A stretch of 62,969 nt of DNA, filler included, from Octopus bimaculoides (Eukaryota), in the NCBI RefSeq assembly GCF_001194135.2. It is 6 parts of 6 records of this genome, joined end to end, with 100 filler letters (N's around TTAATTAATTAA, not from the genome) between each part and the next. Parts side by side here need not be neighbours in the genome. Positions count along the whole stretch, not along the records: positions 1 to 16,867 come from NC_068981.1; positions 16,968 to 22,410 come from NC_069001.1; positions 22,511 to 34,472 come from NC_068987.1; 3 more parts are not named here. One strand, 5' to 3'. The notes under the pieces are model-generated. The model saw only the letters and a program-made list of their open reading frames with translations. It had not been told where the DNA came from and did no database searches. Position 1 is the first letter of the stretch. Every line of letters begins with the position of its first letter. This document shows, one piece after another, positions 12,481-25,377 of this stretch. The position numbers and the translations under genes were made by a program.

Positions 12481-13059
12481 CGTGTGTGTATAGCGAATTG
12501 TGTACATTAGCATTTATCCTATTATTTGGCGCACGCGCTTAAGTGTGTTTGTGTTTGTATGTGAATATACATATGCAAGCACGCTGTTTGATAGAATTTC
12601 CTCTTCGTAATCTTGTGTTCCAAGTCTGACCCTACTGCGTGACAACTTAGGCAAGGCTAGTGTTTATTACAATAGTCTGGGCCCCACCTAAGTACTATAT
12701 GTGAAAACTGGGTCGATCTCCCGTAATTCAAAGGCCAGCCTTGCTTCATAAACACACACACAGACACACATATACATATATAACACAGACAGTCACAATG
12801 AAACCTTTCAGTATAACACACACACACATATATATATATACTCGTATATACACACAAACACCTATGTTCAGTGCGTCATATTTACTCTGTGGTATAGTTT
12901 TACGTCTTCGGTGCAAATGACAGTGGAGTGTACAGCCATACTACAATACATTTCAGTGGAGTCGGTGCCTTCTTGATCGAATATTGACATGCTCCTCGTC
13001 GAAAACGACTAAGATCCACTTACTGTTATACATGTACGAGGAGATAGTGCATATTGTTG

Positions 13060-13980
<921 letters not shown>

Positions 13981-14434
13981 CTATATATTGCATATAGCTA
14001 ATCTAAGCCCGAAAGAGACGGGTTTCTGTCAGTGGCCCGTGAAACTTTACCTCTCTTGGAGCCGAATCAAATTGTAAATAATTCATACATACCTACCTAC
14101 ATACATACATACATACATATATATATATGTATATATATATATGTGTGTGTGTGTGTATGTGTGTATATATATATGCATATATATATATACGTATATTTAT
14201 ATATATGTATGTATGTATATACATATCTGTATACACATGTACGTAATACTGTATCGTAAAGCAAACAGCCACAAGAGCAGAATAAGGTAAACCATATACA
14301 GAGAAAAAGCCTTCAGCGTAGTCGAAACACACACCTACCATTTTGCCTGACGATCGTGCTAAGGATTGCATTCGGAGCCCTCTGAAAGAATTTCACTCTG
14401 AAACTCATATACGTGCGTGACGGTTGCGCGTGTG

Positions 14435-14494
<60 letters not shown>

Positions 14495-14693
14495 TGCGTG
14501 TGGGTGAGGTTATGACAATCTTGTCTCCTTTCTTGCTCCATAAAAAATCATCTGCAACTTAGCAATATATATATATATATATATATACCGGAATAAGCAC
14601 ATGAAATGTGCAACAAGGTGGAAAAAAGAGTACTCAAATACCAGAGGTAGAGTAACATGCTTTATTTAAAAGCAGCAGAAATATAACAAAAAA

Positions 14694-14723
14694 ACCGTTA
14701 CTCTGAGTTTCACGTTCCCGTTC
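14694..14723 (-). ncRNA. Type I hammerhead ribozyme motif, 5' end hidden by N-gap
   Basis: Minus strand: (N)GA-ACG-GGAA-CGT-GAAA-CTCAGAG-TA|ACGG. Stem II has a GNRA loop, stem III is near-palindromic, and AATAAA follows ~30 nt downstream. Confidence 0.55.
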
Positions 14724-16429
14724 NNNNNNNNNNNNNNNNNNNNNNNNNNNNNNNNNNNNNNNNNNNNNNNNNNNNNNNNNNNNNNNNNNNNNNNNNNNNN
14801 NNNNNNNNNNNNNNNNNNNNNNNNNNNNNNNNNNNNNNNNNNNNNNNNNNNNNNNNNNNNNNNNNNNNNNNNNNNNNNNNNNNNNNNNNNNNNNNNNNNN
14901 NNNNNNNNNNNNNNNNNNNNNNNNNNNNNNNNNNNNNNNNNNNNNNNNNNNNNNNNNNNNNNNNNNNNNNNNNNNNNNNNNNNNNNNNNNNNNNNNNNNN
15001 NNNNNNNNNNNNNNNNNNNNNNNNNNNNNNNNNNNNNNNNNNNNNNNNNNNNNNNNNNNNNNNNNNNNNNNNNNNNNNNNNNNCTTCCGATCTTATATAT
15101 ATGACCATCAACCATCTTTCCTTTTCTCACGTGACCATACTTCTTTTCCTTTACACCTTTGCGCAGTTCAGATGCATTCGAATCTCTCTCCTCTCTTTTC
15201 TCTTATCAAAGAATTCTCTTCTAGCGTTCGCCATCTTGACTCGACTGAGCAGAACGGCCCTCCCTGTTGTGTTCGTTTAGTTTGTTTTGGTGTATGTCCT
15301 GATTTTGTTACCAACTTTAACCCTCCACAAATCTCAAATTTTATATTTCGGTTCGCGGGAGCAACTGCCTTCAAAGTCTTATCTTGTCGATTGATTGCTC
15401 GAAATAAGGAGTAGAAGAACAGCCGACGACTGATGAAGGGTTGTTTTTTATGTTTCTTATCTTGTTTTCCATTTGTTTCTCACGGTTTTTTTACCTACCC
15501 AAAGTTACTTTCATATTTCATGTTGTTTATATCTTGTGACGTCCTGTACCCACATATACATACTTATATACATATATATGTATGCATGTACATATGTATG
15601 TCTATATAAGCATATATATATATATATATATATACATATCTGTGGTGACTCCGACAATCAGGCTGTTCATGCTTAGCCCGAGTATAAATTTAGTAAATGA
15701 ACGTGTATTTGCAAGCTGATTTAATTTCTGCCAACACTGATTTGAAGTATGAAATTGCAGTCAATAACTCGAACTACTTTTATTGAGCCTGGTCGCAGTT
15801 CATTCATTTTCATTCAGCGTCTGGTTGTTGTCTTAGAGGTGCCTTAATAAAAAATACCATTCGTAGCAGACGTTCTCTCGACATCGTTCACACGCGCCTG
15901 ACTCGTGCTCAGAAGTTAGAGCCCGAGTTGTCATCTATAATCTTAAAAATTAAAAGTAATTCAAATTTAATGTTTTCTTGAAACAATAAATTTCTTTCGA
16001 GATAAGAATTTAAATTACAATCTATGAGAAAAAATTGCGTTCTACAATATTCTTAAAGGAACGAAAAATTATCCAGCAACTCGGGCTAATATGAATGAGC
16101 CTGGTAGGTGTAAAAGACTAACTGATACATCTTCTCAAGAGTAGAGGCAACAGTCAGATCACTGATGTTTGCTGTACACTCCACTGTCGTTATTTGATTG
16201 CTCCTATTCTGTACATCTGTGTGTAAAGATTAGTTGTGTTTTGCAGGGTTGCTTTATTTTTACCCTTAACTTAGAAATGGAGAAAGACATAGTGCTAGAT
16301 ATAAAAAATAAAAAATAAGCCATTTGCGACTAGAATTATTGCGGAAAATCGTAAAATTCTTCGAGCAGGCATGTGTCTTATGCGAAATCTGCGATGAGAA
16401 CGAGTGACGCTCATGACCTGGAGTCGCCG

Positions 16430-16495
<66 letters not shown>

Positions 16496-16835
16496 CGAAT
16501 GTATGTATTGTATATGTAAATATATATGTATCTAAGTATGTATATATATATGTATATGTATATATATACAAATGCATGTGAATATATATATACGTACGTA
16601 TGTATATATTCTTTCACTCTTTTACTCTTTTATTTGTTTCAGTCATTTTCACTGTGGCCATGCTGGAGCACCGCCTTTTTATTCGAAGAATTCTCACGCT
16701 GGACTTATTCTTTGTAAGCCTGGTATTTAATCTATCGGTCTCTTATGCCGAACCGCTAATTTGCGGGGACGTAAACACACCAACATCTGTCGTCAAGAGA
16801 TGGTGGAGGGACAAACACAGACACAAACACACAAG

Positions 16836-16867
<32 letters not shown>

Positions 16868-16967
16868 NNNNNNNNNNNNNNNNNNNNNNNNNNNNNNNNN
16901 NNNNNNNNNNNTTAATTAATTAANNNNNNNNNNNNNNNNNNNNNNNNNNNNNNNNNNNNNNNNNNNN
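16868..16967. other. Artificial scaffold linker N44-TTAATTAATTAA-N44
   Basis: Exactly 100 bp. The 12-mer gives stop codons in all six frames. Confidence 0.95.
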
Positions 16968-17008
<41 letters not shown>

Positions 17009-18499
17009 TTATGAACCCTCCGTCGTTAGACGATGTATCAGGCTTCTGCAATTTCTTGCTGAACGACCACACATGATTTGTTTATAGTGATCAAATTTTG
17101 CGTTTACGTAGGCTCACCCCATCCATTGAATCGATACTTCTGTACAGGTGTACGACGTGCCACATGTCAGATGACGAAAGAATCGCAGAGCAGCGTGAAA
17201 TGGATGGTTTTGCTCAAGAACGCAACACAACGCAACAGCTGGGAATCGAAATCACAATGTCGGAATCGTGAATGCAACACCCCCATATCTATATGTGGGG
17301 GTTGCATTGGTGAAAAAATTTGTACAAGGTCAGCAATTTCGGGGGAAGATGTAAGTCGATTATATCGAGCTCAGTACTCAACTTGTACTTATTTTATCGA
17401 CCCCGAAAGAGTAAAAGGCGAAGTCGACCTCCGTGGAATTTGAACTTAGAACGTAAAGGCGGACGAAAATGCCACCATGCATTTTATCCGGTACCAACAA
17501 ATACATCTATCTGTCTATCTTGTTATGTTAGTGTTATGGTAAACATTGGTGCTTGTGTCGGTATTTGTTAGTTTTTGTGGCTGGTGCTGAGTGTGTGTGC
17601 GTGTGTGTGTGTGTATGTGTGTGTGTGTTAGTGAGTTTGTGTGTGTATACTGATACAGTAGATCAAAAGGCAACCAAATAAATCGAAAACCGAAGTACAA
17701 AAGTAGAAATCACTTCGGCAAAACATTTTCTAGGAAATACAAATTTGGAATATATTTATAAATTTTCTTTAAACTTTTTTAATATTTTTCATAATATTTA
17801 AAATAATTTATAATCTTTTAAACAAAAGAAGCGATTATATTTATTTACAGATTTCCTTTTCAAAATTTATATTTTGTTTACAATATTTCGAAGATATATA
17901 ATCTTTATTATAATCCATAATCAAAATCTTCAGGATTTTGTAATCTGGAAAGACAGGTTTCTCAATCTTAATTTTTATAGTTTTAATTAGATTTAAACAT
18001 AGAATTAATTATTATGGTGACTGCTCACCAGTTTCTTTTTGTAAATTTTGTTTTAACCATTCATTTTCCGGTTCCTATCTACACACACGCGCTCGCACAC
18101 GCACACGCACACGCACACGCACACATACAAAAATACACACAGACACACACACATATATATGTAAACACATACATAAACATCCACTCATACATATTTGATA
18201 TTTTTGTATACAATGTATTTGTGTATGTGCATGTGCGGGCGCGCATGGGTGTATAGGTGCAAAGTGTGGCTGTGTGGTAAGCTATTTGCTTCCCAACCAC
18301 ATGGCTTTGAACCACTGTGTGGCACCTTGGCAAGTCTTTTCTTTTATAGTCTTTGGCCTGCTCTAGCTTTGTGGGTGGATTTGGTAGGCGGAACCTGAAA
18401 GAAGTCCGTCGTAGATNNNNNNNNNNNNNNNNNTACATATATATATATATATTGAATCAATAGAGTCAACAAAAAGGAGTACGTTTAGACAGCTATTTA

Positions 18500-18610
18500 A
18501 TAGACACTACACATGTTTCGATACAACATAGATCCACATATAGACAGGATCTAAATTAAGCAACGTTTACCTGTATAATGCGATCCAGTTGTATCTCCTC
18601 AGGTTATACA
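18500..18610 (-). ncRNA. HHR-like motif with a 76-nt stem-II insert (PLE pseudo-LTR)
   Basis: CTGAGGA-GATACAAC...GTTGTATC-GAAA-C-ATGT-G-TA|. The 8-bp stem II is perfect but stem I pairs poorly. Confidence 0.5.
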
Positions 18611-18899
18611 TAATCGCTGTCCAGGTAAATCTTTGACTTTGACGCTAACATGTTAGCATCAAATTTAGATCCTGAGGAATTCCAACAACATTTCGTGGTT
18701 CGCTACCTTAACAACTCCTTTATAGGATCCAGTGGGTAATCATCAGGAGGAACCACGTCCAATTTCGGCCCCTACTCTACCGTTTTCGACGTGGCGCCCC
18801 GCTCCTTTCGGAGGTGTCTTGAACTCTGGTGTTGAGTGCGTTTCTTTTTTCTCCTTTTTCTTTTGTTCTTTGGTTTCTTCGATGCAACGTTAACGAATG

Positions 18900-20454
18900 T
18901 CAGCGGGAGAATGACCATCCTGCCAAATTTCCCTTTAAATACTCGCCGGTAGGCTCCAGCAGCCAGCACCAGCTAACTGTCACGTGACACTGTCTAAGCT
19001 TCAAATGACCAATTGAGGGGAAGGGCGCGTAGTTTTAACCCGCGCCCTCTCTAAACCTGCCTTCCAACAATGTCGTGTTAGTTTCAGTTGCAGTAGCCAG
19101 AGGCGATCAGCTGTTTGGTAATACAAGCCTTCGGACCAGGAGGAGGGCGTCTTCTCACTTCAGCCACATATCATCCTTTTCTTATCTCTGAGCTCGAAAA
19201 TGCAAACCTTCTTTTAAATAACGTCGTCATTTTCCTTTCAATGAAGCCTCTAGCCCCTACTGCCAGGTGGTCATACTCGACAGTTCATCCCTGTTCTCCG
19301 CACTCTTCGATAAATCTCTCATGCCTCTTCTCCTTCCGTTGCTCTGCATTAGCGATGGTCTCTTCCCATGGCACTGTCAGCTCTAGCAAAATTCCAATTT
19401 TCCGTTCTGTGTTCCATAAGATTAAGTCCGGTCTTTTTGTTGTTTTTATGAGTGGAAATGTTAACGGTCTTTCCAAATCCGCGGCCAGCTCCCAGTATCC
19501 CTTCCATCTTTCGTCTGTTTCGTATATTTTGAAGGCCTGGACTTATGTCCTTTTCCCTCCTGGAAGTATATTTTTCTGCGCTTTTCCAATTTTGGGTATT
19601 CTCCCCTGTTATATCCCTCGATCTTCTCCTTGAGTGCTGCACTTATGACGCCGAGGACTTGATTGTGACGCCATGTATATTTGTTTAGTGCTAGCCTGCA
19701 GTTTGACAGAACATGTCTCACCGTCGCTTTCTCTCCGCATCTACATTCATCGGTTACTTGTATATTCCACCGGACTAAATTCGCCGGTGAAAGTAAAACG
19801 TCGAAGGTAGACTTGATCAGGAAAGATGTTCTTGCGTGTTCCCGAGCTGAAAGTTACTTCCATGAGATTCTGCGACTGACTACATATTGCTCCCATCTCA
19901 GGCACTGTCCCTGTTGACTACATTGCACCAAATGTACTTTCCGCCTTTCTTCTACCTCCTTTCTCACTGCATCTTTCATCTTTTTTTACACTGCTCATGC
20001 ATAATGGCTTGAAAATGTGCAACCCTAGACGGGCTCTTGCTTCTTGTGTCGCTCCGACTATATCGGCATGCTTTAGTATTCCGATCGCCCTGTTTATTGC
20101 TTCTTCCGCATTCCATTTCCTCCCTGTTCGTACCTTTGGCGGGTTTTCTCGGATGCTCTGATCTTTTGAATACCTTAGCATCATTACTGTCCTCGCCTTT
20201 CCTGCTTTATATTCTTCGGTGATCGATGTTATTGGTAGTTGCAGCACGAGGTTTCTATATAGTGCAGTTGTATTCAGTGGTTTTGAATGACCAATCCATT
20301 TTTTGATAAACATACTGCATCTTTGTTCCATCCTTTCTACTCTATTCGAGGCTATTTCGTACATTTGCAATGACCACATTATCCGTGCGTACAGTCCAAA
20401 TTGCAGTATCCAGCATTTGAATTTTCCCGGTAATGTTGTTATGTCAATTGCCTT
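18900..20454 (-). mobile_element. HERO/NeSL-type (RLE) non-LTR retrotransposon, 3' portion, frameshifted
   Basis: LPGKFKCWILQFGLYARIMW, VRTGRKW, zinc knuckle (HVLSNC..YTWRHNQVL), and PD-(D/E)xK nuclease RPDLILWN..LELTVPWEE. Confidence 0.85.
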
Positions 20455-21266
20455 TATATGTGGATCTATGTTGTATCGAAACATATGTAATGTCTATTAA
20501 ATAGATGTCTAAACGTACTCCTTTCTATTGACTCTAATTATTTAATTTTTATTTTTCACACACGACGAATGCCTAATCCTAGACTTGGAATACTACCGGT
20601 TATTTGGCAATTCTCAGGGTGGTCGAGCTCTATTTTGTACTCTAATATGCTCCTAACGGAACACACCTTATATATATATATATATATATNNNNNNNNNNN
20701 NNNNNNNNNNNNNNNNNNNNNNNNNNNNNNNNNNNNNNNNNNNNNNNNNNNNNNNNNNNNNNNNNNNNNNNNNNNNNNNNNNNNNNNNNNNNNNNNNNNN
20801 NNNNNNNNNNNNNNNNNNNNNNNNNNNNNNNNNNNNNNNNNNNNNNNNNNNNNNNNNNNNNNNNNNNNNNNNNNNNNNNNNNNNNNNNNNNNNNNNNNNN
20901 NNNNNNNNNNNNNNNNNNNNNNNNNNNNNNNNNNNNNNNNNNNNNNNNNNNNNNNNNNNNNNNNNNNNNNNNNNNNNNNNNNNNNNNNNNNNNNNNNNNN
21001 NNNNNNNNNNNNNNNNNNNNNNNNNNNNNNNNNNNNNNNNNNNNNNNNNNNNNNNNNNNNNNNNNNNNNNNNNNNNNNNNNNNNNNNNNNNNNNNNNNNN
21101 NNNNNNNNNNNNNNNNNNNNNNNNNNNNNNNNNNNNNNNNNNNNNNNNNNNNNNNNNNNNNNNNNNNNNNNNNNNNNNNNNNNNNNNNNNNNNNNNNNNN
21201 NNNNNNNNNNNNNNNNNNNNNNNNNNNNNNNNNNNNNNNNNNNNNTATATATATACACACACACAC

Positions 21267-21317
<51 letters not shown>

Positions 21318-21429
21318 CAACGGGCTTCTTTCAGTTTCCGTCTACTAATCCAATCACAAGGCTTTGGTCGGCCCGAGGCAATAGTAGAAGACACTTGCCC
21401 AAGGTGCCACGCAGTGGGACTAAGTGTAA

Positions 21430-21875
21430 GCACCAGCTTTAGTCGAATAAATTCTCATTCTTGGTGAGTCCTTCTGGGGTTTTCTCAAACCACCTCTTTG
21501 CTCTTTGTAGGGTGTGATTTCCACAGAGCTCCCAATGAATCATACTTGCCACATTGTCACGGTGTCTTTTATATTCACGTTGTACCAATTTCGGGCACTC
21601 ACTAACGATGTGACATACCATTTCACTCCTTTCACCACATATTCTGCGTTTGTCGCTGTCGGTAGTGTTGTCTATTCTGCACTTCACATAGTTGGTCCTT
21701 AACGCTTGTTTTTGAGCTGCGCATATGAGTGCTTCTGTTTCTATGTTTAGGTCACTTCTCCTCATCCATAGCCACCGGTCCTCTGTATCTGTCTTCATGT
21801 TCACATCTCTTGCAAACTGACCGTACATTTTTTTTCTTCCATGCTTTTTCTGTTTCGTGTTCACTTCTTGTTTAA
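21430..21875 (-). mobile_element. R4/Dong-clade LINE fragment (CCHC region)
   Basis: MYGQFAR..ETEALICAAQKQALRT..ICGERSEMVCHIVSECPKLVQREYKRHRDNVA..IHWELC. The 5' end abuts (TAG)n. Confidence 0.85.
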
Positions 21876-22291
21876 ATATTACTACTACTACTACTACTAC
21901 TACAATTGTATTTATTATTGCCATCATTATTATACCTTACCTCTATGTAATATATATGTGGTACATATCGTATGTGTAATGATGTATATGTTATACGAGC
22001 GTATTTTGCCTGATGACTATCAGACGATTAATCAGTTCCGAAATCGATTCAGAATTCCTCAAAAAGTGTTTAAATCTCATATAATTATAACCTCGTAGAG
22101 AACCTTCCTGCGATTAATGCCTCATTTATTTAGATGAAAGACATAATTAGACATTCCTAAACAGAATGGGTGCACGCACAAAACACACACACATGTGCAC
22201 ACTCATTCATACACAGAAATGCACGCACACACAGCACATACATACATATATATGTGCGTAAATGTGTGGTGTGAGTATGTGTGTGTATGAA

Positions 22292-22329
<38 letters not shown>

Positions 22330-22371
22330 GGTATTTTGGTGCAAACAAGAAAAGTAGAACTTAAAATATAA

Positions 22372-22410
<39 letters not shown>

Positions 22411-22510
22411 NNNNNNNNNNNNNNNNNNNNNNNNNNNNNNNNNNNNNNNNNNNNTTAATTAATTAANNNNNNNNNNNNNNNNNNNNNNNNNNNNNNNNNN
22501 NNNNNNNNNN
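22411..22510. other. Artificial scaffold linker N44-TTAATTAATTAA-N44
   Basis: Identical to the other four. Confidence 0.95.
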
Positions 22511-22670
22511 GTGCGGGTGACACGTAAAAGCACCCACTACACTCTCTGAGTGGTTGGCGTTAGGAAGGGCATCCAGCTGTAGAAACTTTGCCAAATTAGA
22601 TTGGAGCCTGGTGTTGCCATCCGGTTTCACCAGTCCTCAGTCAAATCGTCCAACCCATGCTAGCATGAAG
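22511..22670 (+). mobile_element. RTE 3'-UTR tail fragment
   Basis: 'gcacccactacactctctgagtggttggcgttaggaagggcatccagc..' is shared with 24260-24383, 25960-26200 and 33030-33190. Confidence 0.75.
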
Positions 22671-23554
22671 AAGACATTGCCTGTGAGAGGTGTAAAATGT
22701 CTCAACCAATTAAAGATTTAAGAAAAAGAAAACTCCAAATCAGAATTAACTCATTAGCATTTAAACTAGCCATATCTAGCCCAAATATTTTCTTCCTGTT
22801 TTATACTCAAACTGACCAGATCCAGGCTCTCACACCTGCTCTACAATGTCATTCTAAAATTTGCCTGGGTGGTAAGAAGCTTGCTTCCCAACCACATGGT
22901 TTGAAGTTCAGTCCCACTGCTTGGCACCTTGGGTAAGTGTCTTCTACTAAAGTCTCAGGCTAATCAAAGCCATGTGAGATAGGATCAATGCCTTGGTAGA
23001 TAGAAACTCAAAGAAGCTCATTTTGTGTGTGTGTGTGTATAATTAATCAAGAAAAAAACACAAGAAAAAAACAACGTGAGGACATGGTACATGCAAAGTA
23101 TTAACAGATGCTCAGAGAAGGAAAGGAAGGTAGTTTTGAGCAAAGCTCTTCTTCAGAAACAGGAGACAGAGGAGAATCCAAGAGAAAAGGAAGATGGAGG
23201 GAAAAAAATCGCCAAAGATCCACATGTAGTTACATTTTGAAGTATGTATATATATGTATGTGTATTTATTTTATCCTAATTAATTATATGTATGTGTGTG
23301 TGTGTGTATATATATNNNNNNNNNNNNNNNNNNNNNNNNNNNNNNNNNNNNNNNNNNNNNNNNNNNNNNNNNNNNNNNNNNNNNNNNNNNNNNNNNNNNN
23401 NNNNNNNNNNNNNNNNNNNNNNNNNNNNNNNNNNNNNNNNNNNNNNNNNNNNNNNNNNNNNNNNNNNNNNNNNNNNNNNNNNNNNNNNNNNNNNNNNNNN
23501 NNNNNNNNNNNNNNNNNNNNNNNNNTATATATATATATATATTTATATATATCT

Positions 23555-24383
23555 TTATAAGGATTAGAATCGAAGGGCCTTAGAGTCAACCTAGCTAAAA
23601 CCAAAGTCCAAATAAGTAGGAATGCAGACAAACCACAAATCCCTTCAGGTAAATGGCCCTGCTTGATCTGTAGAAAAGGCGTAGGTAGAAACTCCATAAG
23701 ATGTACCCAGTGTAAGCTATGGACACATAAGAAGTGCAGCAATATCAAATGAAGGCTAACTAGGAGGATAGTTTTTGTATGTGGCAGATGCTCAGGAGCA
23801 ATAAACACTGAAAAATTTGCGGAGAACAACTTCTGCCACATTCCAGGGAGAAAACCTAGAAGTAGTTGATAGCTTCCATTACCTAGGTGACCAAGTCAGT
23901 AGTGGGGGGGGGGTGCTCTGAAAGTGTAGCTGCTAGAATAAGAATAGCCTGGGCAAAGTTCAGAAAGCTCCTACCTCTGCTGGCAACTAACAGCTTCTCG
24001 TTCAGAGTAAAAGGTATACTGTATGATGCATGTATACGAACGGCCATGCTACATGGCAGTGCTGGTGGCATGTAAAAAGCACCATCCGAGCGTGATTGTT
24101 AACAGCGTCACCTTACTGGCATGTGAAAAGCAACATTCGAGTGAGGACATTGCCAGTGCCGCTGGACTGGCTCCTGTGCAGGTGGCATGTAAAAAACACC
24201 ATTTGAGCATTGCCGTTGCCAGTACTACCTTACTGGCCCTCGTGCCGGTGGTACATAAAAGCACCCACTACACTCTCGGAGTGGTTGGCGTTAGGAAGGG
24301 CATCCAGCTGTAGAAACTCTGCCAAATCAGATTGGAGCCTGGTGCCAGCATGGAAAGCGGATGTTAAACGATGATGATGATGC
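23555..24383 (+). mobile_element. RTE LINE fragment (late RT with PHD-like finger), modular 3' UTR and (GAT)n tail
   Basis: GLRVNLAKTK..WPCLICRKGVGRNSIRCTQCKLWTHKKC..CGRC..IRIAWAKFRKLLPLL. Homologous to 31680-33190. Confidence 0.85.
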
Positions 24384-24384
24384 A

Positions 24385-24870
24385 TAAGGTATTTGAGGAC
24401 ATACCTTTTTTGGGTCATTGCTTCGTTTTTTGCTAATCTGTATAATTGTTTCTGAAAATAATAATGGCTGACCTTCAGCTTACTTAAGAAATGAAGAGGC
24501 ATGCTGCTATTGTGTTATAAAGGCTGAGCATAGGGATTTAGAAATATCTTGATTTTTAAAAGTTGCCAGATCTTTTGTCTACAAAGTTTGTAAGGACTGA
24601 AGATAGAAATGTATCACCAGTATCAAAGCATAAAAAGCATTCTAAATGCTCTGAAATCACCAGAACACCTGAATTTATCCAGCAAGTTCAACAGACCATT
24701 GAATACAATCCCAGAAAGTCCATGAGGTCAATTGCAAAAGATCTCCATGTGTCAGAAGGAACAGTCAGAAATGTTGTCCATGAAGACATCAGATATAAGT
24801 GTTATATGATGAAGAAAGGTCAATTTGTTGGGAAAAGCAAAAGAAAATCACGACATCAGATCTAAACGGC
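24385..24870 (+). mobile_element. Tc1/mariner superfamily (DD37D/maT-like) transposase N-terminal fragment
   Basis: ORF 24563..24865: RTPEFIQQVQQTIEYNPRKSMRSIAKDLHVSEGTVRNVVHEDIRYK (HTH). The subfamily call is from memory of the motif. Confidence 0.7.
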
Positions 24871-24876
24871 ACTTGA

Positions 24877-25096
24877 CTCTTTCGTTACCAACCTGGCTGA
24901 AACCGGCTCTAGCTCTAAGTACAAATGTCTTGTTTTCATAAGTTTTGAATTAAAATCTTCCACCAAACCTTAGTCACAATTTATGTTTCTAACACTAGCT
25001 GAATGATGACTAAGTTATTTTACTAAATTCTTTGTTATATTTAAAGTAATTGAAAGAAACACAGAGCATCTCAAAATAAATACAGTAATGAAAGGG
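24877..25096. mobile_element. piggyBac-type MITE
   Basis: TTGA|CTCTTTCGTTAC ... GTAATGAAAGGG|TTAA: degenerate TIRs and a TTAA-type TSD. Confidence 0.65.
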
Positions 25097-25377
25097 TTAA
25101 ACAAACAAAAATCCAGCAGAAGATTTAATTTGGTTTTTCTCAAACGAGAAAAACTTCGACCAAGATCAAAATGTTATCAGAAGCAATGACAGATAGTTAT
25201 GTGCAAGCCCTTCTGAAGTTCCAAGTGTTATACACTCACAACACCCAGTCTGGGAATCGAAACCGCAATCCTATGACCGTGAGTCTACTGCCCTAACCAC
25301 TGGGCCATTGCGCCTCCATGTATATGTATATATATATATGTATGTATATATGTGTGTGTGTGTGTGTATATGTATGT

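Noticed and set aside
14010-14050. ACGGG..CCCGT-GAAAC hairpin resembling an HHR 3' half
   Set aside because: The upstream core is CCGAAAGA, not CTGANGA, and stems I and III do not form.
14320-14360. GTCGAAAC..GCCTGACGATCG (similar at 8245-8280) as a type II HHR
   Set aside because: No consistent helices could be formed.
15425-15445. CTGATGAAGGG half-core
   Set aside because: No matching GAAA or stem downstream.
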